DNA of 64,000 nt from Candidatus Zymogenus saltonus (GCA_016929395.1 JAFGIX010000052.1:7151-71150); one strand, 5' to 3'; counted from the stretch's first letter, positions 40,726 to 52,090 are shown. The notes: generated by a model not told the origin, from the letters alone. A program made the numbers and translations.

Positions 40726-42156
40726 TTATTGAGCTATCCCCGCAAGCTTTTTGACCAGCCGCTTCTTCTCCTCGATGTCGTACGTCCCCATGATGGCGAT
40801 GTTCTCCATCACCGGGGAGCCTCCGCCGTGCACCCCGGCGTACTGCAGAACGCCCCCCAGGGCGGAGACGCTCACGTCGGAGATGAACCTGAAGCATCTA
40901 TACTGGTCTTCCGCCGATACATCGTCCTTCCTCTTGATATACTTCTTCAGGAGGTGTCCCACCTCCGGGCTCAAAAACTCTTCGTCGTAGGGGAGGGTTG
41001 CGGGAAGCCCCCCGGCGAGGTCGCAGACGGTCTCGTATTCGTGATAGATGTTGAGCCCCGCGTGACGCCTCCCTACGTTGCAGTAGACCACGTTCGGTAT
41101 CTGCGTCCCAGAGGGGTGCTTCGTGCTCTCCACCGCCGCGGCTATCCCCGCCGAATACGTGAGCTCCGCAACGCTCACCAGCTCGGCCAATTTATCCCTG
41201 ACGTGAGTCGACCTCTCTATGCCGTTGTATTCGCTGACCAGGGCCGCCGCACCCATCATGATATCGGTCACGGCCGGCTTGCAGCCGGTGTAGCTGTGCC
41301 TGTGAAATAGGGCGAAGAGGAGTGCGAGCCTTCCGCCGTACTCGGTCTCCCCGCAGAGAAAGACCCTCTCGTTCGGCACGAAGACGTCATCGAAGACAGT
41401 CAATGAATCGGCCGCCCCCAGTCTCACGTACGGGGCGTCTATCTCCGGTCTCCTCGGCCTTACTGAGGTCACCCTCGTCAGGAGCCTTACCCCCGGGGTG
41501 TCCGCGGGGACTGCGAAGGCCACGGCCCAGTCGGTCTCTTCCGGGGTCAAAAACCGCGTTGGGATCGCGATTATCTCCTCCGCGTAGGGCGCCATCGTGT
41601 TGTGGGCCTTGGCCCCTCTCACCACGATCCCGTCCTTTTTCCGCTCCACAATCCTCAAATAAAGGTCGGGGTCGGTCTGTTGATGCGGCCTTTTCGTTCT
41701 GTCTCCCTTGACGTCGCTCTGGGCGCAGCAGCCTACCATGTTGCCCTTCTGAAATCTCTTCAGAAACTCCAGGAAACGTCCGTTGTACTCCGTTCCCCTG
41801 TCCTTGTCACAGTCGTAGGTGACGGCGGAAAGGGCGTTTATCGCGTCTACCCCCATGCAGCGCTGGATACAGCTTCCGCAGTCCCGGCAGAGGATTCTCG
41901 TCATCTTCTGCTTCGCCAGAAGGTCTTCCATGCCCCGGTGTACGTGGGTGAACCGGTTTATATTCGCCCCGTCTAGGTGGGATGTGGCGGTGACGAGCTC
42001 CTTTCTCTCCGAATCTTCCTGGGCATCGAAGGTCAGGGCTATTATGTTTTTGCCCGGCTGGATCCTCGGATCGTCGCGGCCGACGACCTCACCGCCGATA
42101 TAGATATTCGGTTTCAGCCCCTTTAGATCCTCGAAATATTCATCCTTGGTTCTCAT
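40726..42156 (-). CDS. 4-hydroxybutyryl-CoA dehydratase / HpaB-family flavoprotein-like
   Basis: ~476 aa acyl-CoA-dehydrogenase-like fold, Cys cluster CRDCGSCIQRC; family-level call only. Confidence 0.5.
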   Translation of the reverse strand: MRTKDEYFEDLKGLKPNIYIGGEVVGRDDPRIQPGKNIIALTFDAQEDSERKELVTATSHLDGANINRFTHVHRGMEDLLAKQKMTRILCRDCGSCIQRCMGVDAINALSAVTYDCDKDRGTEYNGRFLEFLKRFQKGNMVGCCAQSDVKGDRTKRPHQQTDPDLYLRIVERKKDGIVVRGAKAHNTMAPYAEEIIAIPTRFLTPEETDWAVAFAVPADTPGVRLLTRVTSVRPRRPEIDAPYVRLGAADSLTVFDDVFVPNERVFLCGETEYGGRLALLFALFHRHSYTGCKPAVTDIMMGAAALVSEYNGIERSTHVRDKLAELVSVAELTYSAGIAAAVESTKHPSGTQIPNVVYCNVGRRHAGLNIYHEYETVCDLAGGLPATLPYDEEFLSPEVGHLLKKYIKRKDDVSAEDQYRCFRFISDVSVSALGGVLQYAGVHGGGSPVMENIAIMGTYDIEEKKRLVKKLAGIAQ

Positions 42157-42250
42157 AAAAAATTCCTCCTTTGATACGATTTATCTTCTATCAACAGATT
42201 CGTACCTCTTGAAAATGTCATTTAAATGTTCAATGTGATAAAAGGTGAAT

Positions 42251-42668
42251 TTAGAGCGAGAGAAGGGAGATAGCATTTTGTCCCAGGATCATATCCACCT
42301 CCTCAGCCGTAAGCCTGTCCTCCTCGGGTCGGTCGTGACGAAGGGTATTATCCTGTCCCGGTACTTTTTGCGGCGCTGAAAACCATCTCGTTTCGCTCCT
42401 CGATGGACACCTCCCCCTCGCCGAACAGAAGGCCTGTGTCAAAGGGCAATAAGACGGTCTTGTCGATCCCCGCCTCCTTAATGGCGGCGACGTGCTTCCG
42501 GCCGTCCTTGTCGAAGCAGACGGGAAAGATGTCTTTCACCACCGTATCGACATCGGCGTCAACGTCCATCCTCTTGATGATTGGAAGCGCCATCTTCGCA
42601 AAGCCCCTCCAGTAGACCTCCGCGAAAAATCTCTCATCTACCAGACGCCCGTGGATGTCGATTGTCAT
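42251..42668 (-). pseudogene. amidohydrolase (TIM-barrel metal-dependent hydrolase) remnant, frameshifted and internally deleted
   Basis: N-term MTIDIHGRL... in ORF 42348-42668; C-terminal ...AEEVDMILGQNAISLLSL in different frame (42251-42442); total far shorter than family (~280 aa). Confidence 0.4.
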
Positions 42669-43059
42669 TGCCCACCTTAATTATTCAGCCATTACATGAA
42701 ACTTGACGCCAAAAGAAGTGAATATGTTGTCAAAAACAATGGTATTATTGGATAATTTCTTTGTCAAGCCAAAAAATAATTCACCATTTCCCCCTAATTT
42801 AGTTGATAATATAGATATAATGTTATATATTAATACAATTGTGATTAGAACTTAGTTAAAATTTCATTTGTGACATTCAACACAGACCGGCCGGCTCAAT
42901 TGGATTTATAAAAGGATTTAATAAATAGGGAGGGTAATGGGCAGTTTTAAGTTTTTAATATGTTTTCCATGACTTGATGCCATGCCTGGATTTATGATGG
43001 ATTCGAGAACACTTTTCGTTTCAATTGAAAAAAGTAGAAATTAGGGGGCAAAATAGAAT

Positions 43060-43971
43060 ATGAAAGCAATCAGCGCCGCAGGTCTTTTCAAGGACTACCC
43101 AAGGGTAAGGGCGTTATCGAATCTCGGTCTTCATGTTGAAGAGGGAGAGATATTCGGATTTCTCGGGCCCAACGGGGCCGGTAAGACCACGTTCGTAAAG
43201 ATAATTCTGGGACTTGTATTCCCCACCGCCGGGGACGTCTCTGTTTTCGGTCTCCCCGTCGGGGGAAAGAAGATGAGGAGGAAGATCGGGTACCTTCCCG
43301 AGAACATGAGGCTTCACGGCTTCCTGAAGGGACACGAGTTTCTCGACCTTGCGGGAAGGCTGTACGGATTATCTTCGTCCGAGCGGAAAGAGGGGATAGA
43401 TAAATACCTCGATGTCATGGGTCTTGCCGAGGCCGCCGATAGGCCGCTGAGGGAATATTCCAAGGGAATGCTTCAGCGGATAGGGATAGCCCAGGCCCTC
43501 ATTCACAACCCGGAACTCCTTCTTCTGGACGAGCCCACCTCCGGTCTCGATCCAATAGGGACGAAAGAGGTTAGGGACATAATCTTGGAAGAGAAGAAGA
43601 AGGGCAAGACAGTTTTTATAAATTCCCACCTCCTCTCCGAGATTGAGCGAACCTGCAACAGAGTGGCGATCCTGAACAAGGGGAAGCTTGTCAAAACCGG
43701 AACTTTGGGCGAGCTTTCCGAAAACGTCCCCACGATTCTGGTCGAAGTGGAGGAGGGATCGCAAAAACTCCTGAAGGGATTGGAAAAGGTCTCCAAGAGT
43801 GTAAGGGTCGATGGCAATAAATACCACCTGACTCCCAAGGACAAAAACACCAAGGCCGCAATCCCCGAGATAATCGTCAAAGCGGAGGCCAGGCTGGTTA
43901 CCATCTCCGAGGAGAGGGAATCGCTTGAGGATATTTTCTATCGTGTAGTAAAACAGGAGGGGGGAAATTGA
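43060..43971 (+). CDS. ABC transporter ATP-binding protein
   Basis: Walker A GPNGAGKTT, signature LSGGMLQR-like, Walker B LLLDEP. Confidence 0.9.
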   Translation: MKAISAAGLFKDYPRVRALSNLGLHVEEGEIFGFLGPNGAGKTTFVKIILGLVFPTAGDVSVFGLPVGGKKMRRKIGYLPENMRLHGFLKGHEFLDLAGRLYGLSSSERKEGIDKYLDVMGLAEAADRPLREYSKGMLQRIGIAQALIHNPELLLLDEPTSGLDPIGTKEVRDIILEEKKKGKTVFINSHLLSEIERTCNRVAILNKGKLVKTGTLGELSENVPTILVEVEEGSQKLLKGLEKVSKSVRVDGNKYHLTPKDKNTKAAIPEIIVKAEARLVTISEERESLEDIFYRVVKQEGGN

Positions 43972-44780
43972 AACAGATACTCGCTATTGCAGGCAACACT
44001 ATCAAGGAAGGATTGAGAAACAAGCTGTTCTATATCCTCCTCGGCATCGCTCTCCTCTTTCTGCTGTTGGCCCGTGGGTGTATGTCCGGTGATATGCAGA
44101 TCCAATCTAGGCAGCTCACCCCTAATGAGGTTGCGGCCTTTGGAACCGTAATGGGCTTTCACGTTATAATTTTTTGGGGACTCACCCTGGCGGGGCTTCT
44201 CTCCATGGGGGCGCTTTTGGGGGATATCGAGACGGGCGTAATTACGGTCTTCATCTCTAAGCCGATCTCCCGCTTCCAGTATCTCATGGGAAAATTTATA
44301 GGCGTATCGGCCGTTGTTCTCCTCAACATGGCTATACTGGGAACGGGATTTTTCCTCCTGGCCTACCTGAAGGCGGGGACCTGGCCGTTCGAGCTGTTTA
44401 TCGCCCTCGGGATATTTACCCTGAATATCTTTATGCTGATCTCCTTCATATTCCTCGTCTCTCTTGCCACGGCAAGGATTATCGCCATGGTATTCGGGAT
44501 TGTTGGCTACGTCTTCAGCATAGGGATTGACATCCCGTTTTATTTCGATGCCATCAGAAAAGGTATGGAGGAATCCGGTTCGAATGTCACGCTGATTATC
44601 GTTAAAGTACTTTACTTCGCCTTTCCCCAGTGGGGCTCGACGCAGTTTTACGCCGCGTCCTTCGTTGGCGATTTATTCGGAAATTCCGTAATGTCATTCT
44701 GGCCGGTGATTCACACCCTTGTATACACAATGTTGTTCTGGCTCCTTATGGTCCTCTTTTTCGGGAGAAAGGAATTTTAG
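43968..44780 (+). CDS. ABC-2 family transporter permease
   Basis: 6 TM helices; ATGA overlap with ATPase gene. Confidence 0.8.
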   Translation: MKQILAIAGNTIKEGLRNKLFYILLGIALLFLLLARGCMSGDMQIQSRQLTPNEVAAFGTVMGFHVIIFWGLTLAGLLSMGALLGDIETGVITVFISKPISRFQYLMGKFIGVSAVVLLNMAILGTGFFLLAYLKAGTWPFELFIALGIFTLNIFMLISFIFLVSLATARIIAMVFGIVGYVFSIGIDIPFYFDAIRKGMEESGSNVTLIIVKVLYFAFPQWGSTQFYAASFVGDLFGNSVMSFWPVIHTLVYTMLFWLLMVLFFGRKEF

Positions 44781-45021
44781 TTCGAGATTTTTCTATCGAG
44801 GGATAAAGACTCGAACGGTGAGCGGAATCAATACCATCCATTCCTTTGATAGGAGATGAAGGGTCTGGCCTATTTTTGCCGTCTTGGGAGCTTCCGGCCC
44901 GAGCGGTTTTAAGGGGAAGTTCCTTGACCATGAAAAAACTTATTGGCAAGAATAACTAAACGGGATTTGATATATAATCTTATGTTACTTTATTTCAGAT
45001 AATCGATCTTCCAAGCAGGCC

Positions 45022-46518
45022 ATGTCATCGCAAGAAGCAACTTTTAGGGGAAATCTTAAAGATATTCCCTTCCCGAAGCTCCTCTCGGAGATTTACGGGA
45101 TGGGCATCAGCGGGAACCTTACCTTGAGCAGGGGTAAGGTAAAGAAGGACATTTCCGTCAGCCGTGGAATGCCGTTAAAAATAAACTCCAACCTGCTCCA
45201 GGAAGTCCTTGGACGGTATCTCGTCAAGATCGGGAAGATCACCGAAGAGCAGTATCAAAGGACATTGAATGCCGCCTTTGAAACCAAGACGATGCACGGC
45301 GCCGTTATGGTGAATTATTCTCTCTTGACGGATGAAGAGCTTAAGAAATATTTGAGAACCCAATCGTTATATAAGCTCTTAAACCTCTTCAAATGGAATG
45401 ACGGAGAGTATTCCTTTATCAAGAGGGACCTGGCCCCGAAGGGGGGCGATCTTGACGGAATATCAATGCCCACAATTATCATCAGGGGAATAAAGTGGGG
45501 CTATTCCCTCGACAGGATTATAAAGGCTATGGGGCCCTACAATAACTATTACCTGTATCCCGGCGAAAGCAAGCTCTTTTCGAAAAACATGATGGGTTTG
45601 AATCCCCAAGAGGAGTGGCTGTTAAACCAGATCGACGGAACCCGAACCGTGAGAGAGACCATCCAGATGTCGCCTTTGGAGTTCATCGAATCAAACAAGC
45701 TCCTCTACGCGTCGATAATAATGCACATACTCGACGTAAAACAGTCTCCGACACCCTCTCCTTTGAGCTTTGATAAGGCCGAAAAACAGGATGAACTATC
45801 CACAAAGATCCTCAAGAAGTATCAGAAGATGGCGAGTCAAAATTATTTCGAGGTCCTCGGGGTCGATCAGGACACTCCCCTCCCCGATATTAAGAAGGCC
45901 TATCTTCATCTCGCAAAGAAGTATCATCCCGACTCCTTCCCGCAGGATGTGCTGCCCATGGTGGAAAAAACGGTAAACAGGATCTTCGACACCGTCAACA
46001 AGGCGTACAGGGTTCTCTCAAACGAAAAGGAGAGGGATCTGTACATACGCTCCATGTCAGCCCCCGAGGAGAACATGACCGAATCGAAGCTTCAGGACGT
46101 CACAAACGCCGAGCTTCAGTTTCAAAAGGGAAAGATATATTTGAAGAAGAAGGACTACAGGAACGCAATGGAGGCCTTCAAGTGGTCGGTTAAGCTCGTT
46201 CCGGACGAGGGGGAATATCTGGCGTACCTCGGCTGGGTCCTTTTCCTGTCGGCGGAAAACAAGAAGGGGGACGACGCGGTCAGGGCCATAACGTACTTGA
46301 AAAAGGCCGCGGCATTGAATCCCTCCATCGAAAGCCCTTCCATCTTCCTTGGGATTATCTACAAGGTTCAGAATCTGAAAGACGTGGCTATACTCCAGTT
46401 TAAAAAGGCCCTGGAGATCAATCCCGACTCCATCGAGGCGCGGCGGGAGCTAAAGGCCATCGGTATCATAAAATCAAGAGAAGAACATAGAGGATTATTT
46501 GGTAAAAGGAAAAAATAA
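45022..46518 (+). CDS. DUF4388 - DnaJ(J-domain) - TPR repeat protein
   Basis: N-term DIPFPKLL..GNLTL (DUF4388), J-domain YFEVLGV...HPD, C-terminal TPRs. Confidence 0.75.
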   Translation: MSSQEATFRGNLKDIPFPKLLSEIYGMGISGNLTLSRGKVKKDISVSRGMPLKINSNLLQEVLGRYLVKIGKITEEQYQRTLNAAFETKTMHGAVMVNYSLLTDEELKKYLRTQSLYKLLNLFKWNDGEYSFIKRDLAPKGGDLDGISMPTIIIRGIKWGYSLDRIIKAMGPYNNYYLYPGESKLFSKNMMGLNPQEEWLLNQIDGTRTVRETIQMSPLEFIESNKLLYASIIMHILDVKQSPTPSPLSFDKAEKQDELSTKILKKYQKMASQNYFEVLGVDQDTPLPDIKKAYLHLAKKYHPDSFPQDVLPMVEKTVNRIFDTVNKAYRVLSNEKERDLYIRSMSAPEENMTESKLQDVTNAELQFQKGKIYLKKKDYRNAMEAFKWSVKLVPDEGEYLAYLGWVLFLSAENKKGDDAVRAITYLKKAAALNPSIESPSIFLGIIYKVQNLKDVAILQFKKALEINPDSIEARRELKAIGIIKSREEHRGLFGKRKK

Positions 46519-46530
46519 TGGAGTTTTTAT

Positions 46531-47448
46531 ATGGTTGACAAAGTTTCCAAAATATGGATGGACGGTAAGCTTATCCCGTGGGAGGAGGCCAACGTCCATA
46601 TTCTTACCCACACACTGCATTACGGCCTTGGTGTTTTTGAGGGCATCCGCTGTTACAAGTGCAGCGACGGGAGATCGGCCATCTTCAGGTTGAGGGAGCA
46701 CGTCGATCGGCTTTTCGGATCGGCCAAGATCTCCTTCATCGACATCCCGTACTCTGAGGATGATATCGCCGAAGCCGTTATTGAGACGCTCAAGGTAAAC
46801 AATATGGAAGAAGGCTACATAAGGCCCATCGTCTTTATCGGCGACGGAGCCATGGGCGTTCACCCGCAGAAAAATCCCATAAGGACGGCCATAGTAGTCT
46901 GGAAGTGGGGCGCTTACCTGGGTGACGACGGTCTCTCGAAGGGGATCAGGGTAAAAACCTCCTCCTTTACCAGACACCACGTAAATACAAGCATGACGAA
47001 ATCCAAGACCTGCGGTTACTACGTCAACTCCATACTTGCAAAGCTCGAAGTCACAAAGGCCGGCTACGACGAGGCATTAATGCTCGACACGGAGGGATAT
47101 GTCTCCGAGGGGAGCGGCGAAAATATTTTTATCGCGAAAGGGAACAAGATCAAGACCCCGCCCCTGACATCCATCTTGAACGGAATAACGAGGGACGCCA
47201 TCATTACCCTGGCCGAAGAATTGGGCTATAAAATGAAGGAAGAGAGGTTTACCAGAGACGAGCTGTATACGGCGGATGAGGCCTTTTTTACGGGAACGGC
47301 GGCGGAGGTCACTCCCATAAGGGAGATCGACGACAGGGCTATCGGAAATGGGACCGCCGGCCCGATAACCAAAAAGCTCCAAAAAGTCTTTTTCGATTCG
47401 GCCATGGGTAAAGACAAGAAGCACGAAAGCTGGCTCACTTACCTTTAA
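46531..47448 (+). CDS. ilvE: branched-chain amino acid aminotransferase
   Basis: PLP fold-type IV; canonical IlvE sequence. Confidence 0.9.
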   Translation: MVDKVSKIWMDGKLIPWEEANVHILTHTLHYGLGVFEGIRCYKCSDGRSAIFRLREHVDRLFGSAKISFIDIPYSEDDIAEAVIETLKVNNMEEGYIRPIVFIGDGAMGVHPQKNPIRTAIVVWKWGAYLGDDGLSKGIRVKTSSFTRHHVNTSMTKSKTCGYYVNSILAKLEVTKAGYDEALMLDTEGYVSEGSGENIFIAKGNKIKTPPLTSILNGITRDAIITLAEELGYKMKEERFTRDELYTADEAFFTGTAAEVTPIREIDDRAIGNGTAGPITKKLQKVFFDSAMGKDKKHESWLTYL

Positions 47449-47606
47449 TACTTTTGAGTACGAGCCGAGGGGGGGAGCGTGACATTTCACATTAAAGTAC
47501 TTACAGGTACTTTTATTCACCTCTTGGGACCTTCGGACCCGAAAGTTGTGTTTAATAGAAGATATTTTGACTTATCTCAAAGGGGTGGACTGACGCCCCA
47601 TTTTTT

Positions 47607-48521
47607 TTGACGGAAGACAGGATGACATTGGAGGAGATCCGCTTCGGACCCGTAGTGCTGATCCCGGGAGATAATCTTGGAAGATACCCCTACTGCCACT
47701 CCCTCTACATAGAAGGGGAAACGAGGGTGATAATCGATCCGGCGTCAAACCGGGGGCGTCTTGCCGAACTAAAAAAAGGCCCCGGCGTCGATCAGGTCTG
47801 GCTCTCCCACTACCACGAGGACCACTTTACCCACCTGGATCTCTTCTCCGACACCGAGCTCTGGATGTCGGACCTGGACGCCCCCGCCGTGGAGGACACG
47901 GAAACACTCCTCTATTTCTACGAGCTTGACAAAAGCGACAAGCACGATCTCTGGGTAAATTATTTGGTCGACTTTTTCAATTACGCGCCCCGAAAGGTGG
48001 AAGGCCGATTTGAGGGCAACGACGACGTCGAGGTCGACCTCGGAGGCATAACGGTCAGGGTCATACCTACCCCGGGCCACACCGCCGGCAATCTATCTTT
48101 TTTCTTTGAAGATCTGGGCCTGCTCTTCATCGGGGATTACGACCTTCAGAGGTTCGGCCCCTGGTACGGCGACAGGTACTCGAGCATAGATGAGACGATA
48201 GAGTCCATAAACAAGCTCAGGGAGATCCCAGCGAAGGTCTGGATTCCATCCCACGGTAAAGACATTTACGACTCCGATCCGGGGGAGCTCTGGGACAGGT
48301 ACCTCTCCGTCATTGATACGAGGGAGTTTAAGCTTCTCGATCTTTTGTCCGAGCCGCACACGATGCAGGAGATAGTGGATACAAGGATCGTCTATAAGAA
48401 GTCTTTGGAGCCGAAGCTCTTCTTCGATTTCGGAGAGTGGGCATTGATGAAGAAGCACCTGGAGAAGCTCGTAAATATGGGGTCTGTAAAGGAGGAAAAT
48501 GGCCGATTTGTGAGAATATAG
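47607..48521 (+). CDS. MBL-fold metallo-hydrolase
   Basis: HYHEDHF zinc motif. Confidence 0.8.
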   Translation: MTEDRMTLEEIRFGPVVLIPGDNLGRYPYCHSLYIEGETRVIIDPASNRGRLAELKKGPGVDQVWLSHYHEDHFTHLDLFSDTELWMSDLDAPAVEDTETLLYFYELDKSDKHDLWVNYLVDFFNYAPRKVEGRFEGNDDVEVDLGGITVRVIPTPGHTAGNLSFFFEDLGLLFIGDYDLQRFGPWYGDRYSSIDETIESINKLREIPAKVWIPSHGKDIYDSDPGELWDRYLSVIDTREFKLLDLLSEPHTMQEIVDTRIVYKKSLEPKLFFDFGEWALMKKHLEKLVNMGSVKEENGRFVRI

Positions 48522-48911
48522 TAACGACCCAGTGTCCTTCCTTCTCTTGAAGAGACGTGATATTTTAAATTTAGATTGCAGTAAGATTCCCTCCCTTTGC
48601 GGCTTTATTCTCCCGCCTCTTTCCCGTTGCGATTTCAGTTCAACCGTTGACCCCATCGCAAAACGTTGTCACTTATAAACAACCGGCTAGCCCCTGTCGT
48701 CTTCGAGCGACCTCGATCAGAACAGGCTTATCCCGCCCCCCGTTCAACTTTTCTCCCGTTCAACCCTGCTGAAAATCTCTCCCCAACAGCTCATCAACCC
48801 GCTATTTTGACATATCAAATAAGCCTTCCCTTCCCGCAAAGCTCAATTAGATGATAACAGAAACCCGTAATCCCCCCTCCATTTTCTTCTGAATGGGCTT
48901 TCAAGAAAAAA

Positions 48912-48945
48912 ATAACCCCCTCATTTTTCGAGGGGGCTCACGATG
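48912..48945 (-). terminator. rho-independent terminator of alaS (GAGCCCCCTCGAAAAATGAGGGGG + T-run on minus strand)
   Basis: hairpin read directly. Confidence 0.7.
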
Positions 48946-48983
48946 TCACCGTAAAATATTTGTCTGTGAGATGCAGCTCATAA

Positions 48984-51626
48984 TCAGACACAGTCGAAGA
49001 CCTTTTGTATCGCTTCTTCAACCCTGTCGCCGTTCGGGCCTCCGGCCTGGGCCATGTCGGGGCGCCCGCCGCCCTTTCCGCCGACCACCTCCGCCATCTT
49101 CTTTATGATCTCCCCCGCCTTGTATTTGTCGGTGATGTCTTTCGTTACCGAGACGAGGAGGATGGCCTTCCCGCCGGAGTTTGACCCAAGGACCACAATC
49201 CCCTTCTTGAGGCGGTCCTTTACCTTGTCGGAGAACTCCCTTAGGGACTTCGGGTCCATGTCGTCGATCACCCTGGCCACCACCTTTATCCCGTCCCTCT
49301 CTACCGCACTTTCTATCAGGTCTGAGACGGATAGGGTGGACGCCCCGCTCTTGAGCCTCTCCACCTCCTTGGTCAGCGTCTTTACCTGACTCAGGAGCTT
49401 CTCTACCCTCGTCGGGGAGTCCTTAGGGGTCGTCTTCAATAACTCGGTAATCTCCCTGATTATCGCCTCCTCTTCCCTTATATGCCTTACGGCGTTCTCT
49501 CCCGTCACGGCCTCGATTCGCCTGATGCCGGAGGCTATGGAGCCCTCGTGCACTATCTTGAATGTGCCGATCTCCCCGGTGGTGTCGGCGTGGGTGCCGC
49601 CGCAGAGCTCCATGGAGACTCCGGGGATATTGATCGTCCTCACCTCGTCGCCGTACTTCTCCCCGAAGAGGGCAATCGCTCCCGCCTCTATCGCCTTGTC
49701 GTATGGAAGGCTCTTTACGATGACTTCGTGGTTGTTTCTTATCTCCTCGTTTACAATATCCTCGACCCTGTCGAGCTCGTTCTTCGAGACCTGGCCGTAG
49801 TGGGTGTAGTCGAAGCGGAGCCTCTCCGGGGATACGAGGGAACCGGACTGTTTCACGTGGTCGCCCAGGACCTTTCTCAGCGCCGCCTGAAGTAGGTGCG
49901 TCGCGCTGTGGTTGGCCTCCGTTTTTTCCCTTAGGTTCGAGTTTACCTTGAGCGCTGCCTCGTCGCCGACCTTGACCTCCCCTTTCTTGACTATCCCCAT
50001 GTGCACGATGAGGCTTCCGGCCGGATTTTCCGTCCTCACGACCTCGAATAGGGAGGATTTCGTCTCGATTGTGCCGGTGTCGCCGACCTGGCCCCCCATC
50101 TCGGCGTAGAACGGGGTTCTCTCCGTCACTATCCCCACATCATTGCCGTCCTCTCCAGATTTTACCGAGATCACCTTCTTGCCGTCTTTTATAATCGAGA
50201 TCACCTTCGATTTCAGGGAGACCTCGTCGTAACCTTTGAAGGAAGTCCCAAGCCCTTCAGATACGAGCTTCATGTAAACTTCGGCGACCTTCTCGTCCCC
50301 CGACCCCTTCCAGGCGGCCTTGGACTTGTCGCGCTGTTTCGCCATCGCCTCCTCGAAGCCGCCGATGTCTATCTCTATACTCTCCCCCTTGATGATGTCC
50401 TCGGTGAGGTCGAGGGGGAATCCGTAAGTGTCGTAGAGCCTGAAGGCGACATCCCCGGACAGCACTTTTTTCTTTCCCCCCTTTGCCTTTATCTCGTCAA
50501 CCTCTTCGTTTAATATCTTTAGACCCTTGTCCAGGGTCTCGATGAACTTCTCCTCCTCGGCCCTGACCACCGAGGCTATAAAAATCCTGTTCTCCCTTAA
50601 CTCCGGGTAGGCCTCCGCCATGATGTCCACGACAACGTCCGCCACCCTGTACATGAAGGGATCGGAGATGCCCAGGAGCTTTCCGTGTCTCGCGGCGCGG
50701 CGCATGATCCTCCTTAGGACGTATCCCCTCCCCTCGTTTGCCGGGATTATTCCGTCCGCAACCAAAAAGGCCTGGGCGCGGCAGTGGTCGGATATTGCCC
50801 TGATCGAGATGTCCTTTTCGGCGTCTTCTCCGTATTCGGCCCCGGCTATCTCCTCCACGGCAGAGATAATCGGCGTGAAGAGGTCGGAGTCGTAGTTGCT
50901 CTTCACTCCCTGAACAACGGCCGCTATCCTCTCAAGACCCATCCCCGTGTCTATGCTCGGGGCGGGAAGCGGCGTCATCTTTCCCGACTCGTCCCTGTTG
51001 AACTGCATGAAGACAAGGTTCCATAGCTCCAGGTATCTGTCGCAGTCGCACATTCCGATTCCGCACTTGTCCCCGCAGGCCATGTCCTCGCCCTGGTCTA
51101 TGTGGATCTCCGAGCAGGGGCCGCAGGGGCCTGTCTCCCCCATTGCCCAGAAGTTGTCTTTCTCCCCCATCCTGACTATTCTGTCCGCCGTAACCCCTAT
51201 TTTATTCTTCCATATCTCGAAGGCCTCGTCGTCGTCCTTATAAATCGTGATCCAGAGCTTTTCCTTTTCGAGGCCCATGTCCACCGTCAGGAAATCCCAG
51301 CCGAAGAAGATGGCGTCGTCCTTGAAGTAATCGCCGAAGGAGAAGTTCCCCAGCATCTCAAAGAAGGTGTGGTGTCTCGCCGTCACACCAACGTTTTCGA
51401 GGTCGTTGTGTTTGCCGCTTACCCTCAGGCACTTCTGGGAGGACGCGGCCCTGACGAAGTCCAGCTTCTCGTCGCCTGTAAAGACGTTTTTGAACTGGAC
51501 CATCCCGGCGTTTGTAAACAGCAGGGTGGGGTCGGCCTCCGGGACGAGGGACGACGACCGCACCCTCCTGTGCCCGTTATCCTCAAAGTATTTCAGAAAC
51601 TTCTCTCGAATCTCGCTTCCCTTCAT
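48984..51626 (-). CDS. alaS: alanine--tRNA ligase
   Basis: full AlaRS (class II motifs, editing domain HxxxH/CxxxH, C-Ala); start at MKGSEIREKFL. Confidence 0.95.
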   Translation of the reverse strand: MKGSEIREKFLKYFEDNGHRRVRSSSLVPEADPTLLFTNAGMVQFKNVFTGDEKLDFVRAASSQKCLRVSGKHNDLENVGVTARHHTFFEMLGNFSFGDYFKDDAIFFGWDFLTVDMGLEKEKLWITIYKDDDEAFEIWKNKIGVTADRIVRMGEKDNFWAMGETGPCGPCSEIHIDQGEDMACGDKCGIGMCDCDRYLELWNLVFMQFNRDESGKMTPLPAPSIDTGMGLERIAAVVQGVKSNYDSDLFTPIISAVEEIAGAEYGEDAEKDISIRAISDHCRAQAFLVADGIIPANEGRGYVLRRIMRRAARHGKLLGISDPFMYRVADVVVDIMAEAYPELRENRIFIASVVRAEEEKFIETLDKGLKILNEEVDEIKAKGGKKKVLSGDVAFRLYDTYGFPLDLTEDIIKGESIEIDIGGFEEAMAKQRDKSKAAWKGSGDEKVAEVYMKLVSEGLGTSFKGYDEVSLKSKVISIIKDGKKVISVKSGEDGNDVGIVTERTPFYAEMGGQVGDTGTIETKSSLFEVVRTENPAGSLIVHMGIVKKGEVKVGDEAALKVNSNLREKTEANHSATHLLQAALRKVLGDHVKQSGSLVSPERLRFDYTHYGQVSKNELDRVEDIVNEEIRNNHEVIVKSLPYDKAIEAGAIALFGEKYGDEVRTINIPGVSMELCGGTHADTTGEIGTFKIVHEGSIASGIRRIEAVTGENAVRHIREEEAIIREITELLKTTPKDSPTRVEKLLSQVKTLTKEVERLKSGASTLSVSDLIESAVERDGIKVVARVIDDMDPKSLREFSDKVKDRLKKGIVVLGSNSGGKAILLVSVTKDITDKYKAGEIIKKMAEVVGGKGGGRPDMAQAGGPNGDRVEEAIQKVFDCV

Positions 51627-51884
51627 GATCTTAAAACCAAACCTCACTGAAAACTGAAACTTAAAAATAAAACCGGGGAGAACTCCCCAGACCTTGGAAA
51701 TAAGCCTTGTATTTGTAACAAGCTTTTGCCGATTGCTGTTTTAATTAAACCGTTTCGTTATTAGTTTAATATTATAAACGGCTATCTAAAATCAAGTCAT
51801 TTAGATAAATCAAATAACCTAAATGATTTGAACAGTCAATGCCTTCAATCAGGATGTGCAACGGCCGGATCAGCGTGACTATTT

Positions 51885-52090
51885 ATCTACCCCCCTCCCT
51901 ACCCCCAAAGCCTTCAATCCCTTTTTACACCCCGAATTCCACCAGGCCTCTACATGTCCCGCCCCAACCCCCCCAACCTTTCCCCAACCCCCACGACTTT
52001 TCCCCAACCCCCACGACCTTGCCCCAACCCGCCCCAACCTCGTCCCGACTTTACTCTAATATTGGTCAACCCCCCACCAACACCCCTTGC
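51885..52090 (-). repeat. G-rich (minus strand) GGGGTTGGGG-type tandem repeats in alaS 5' leader / recX 3' flank
   Basis: plus strand reads CCCCAACCCCCACGAC.. repeated about 8 times. Confidence 0.85.
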
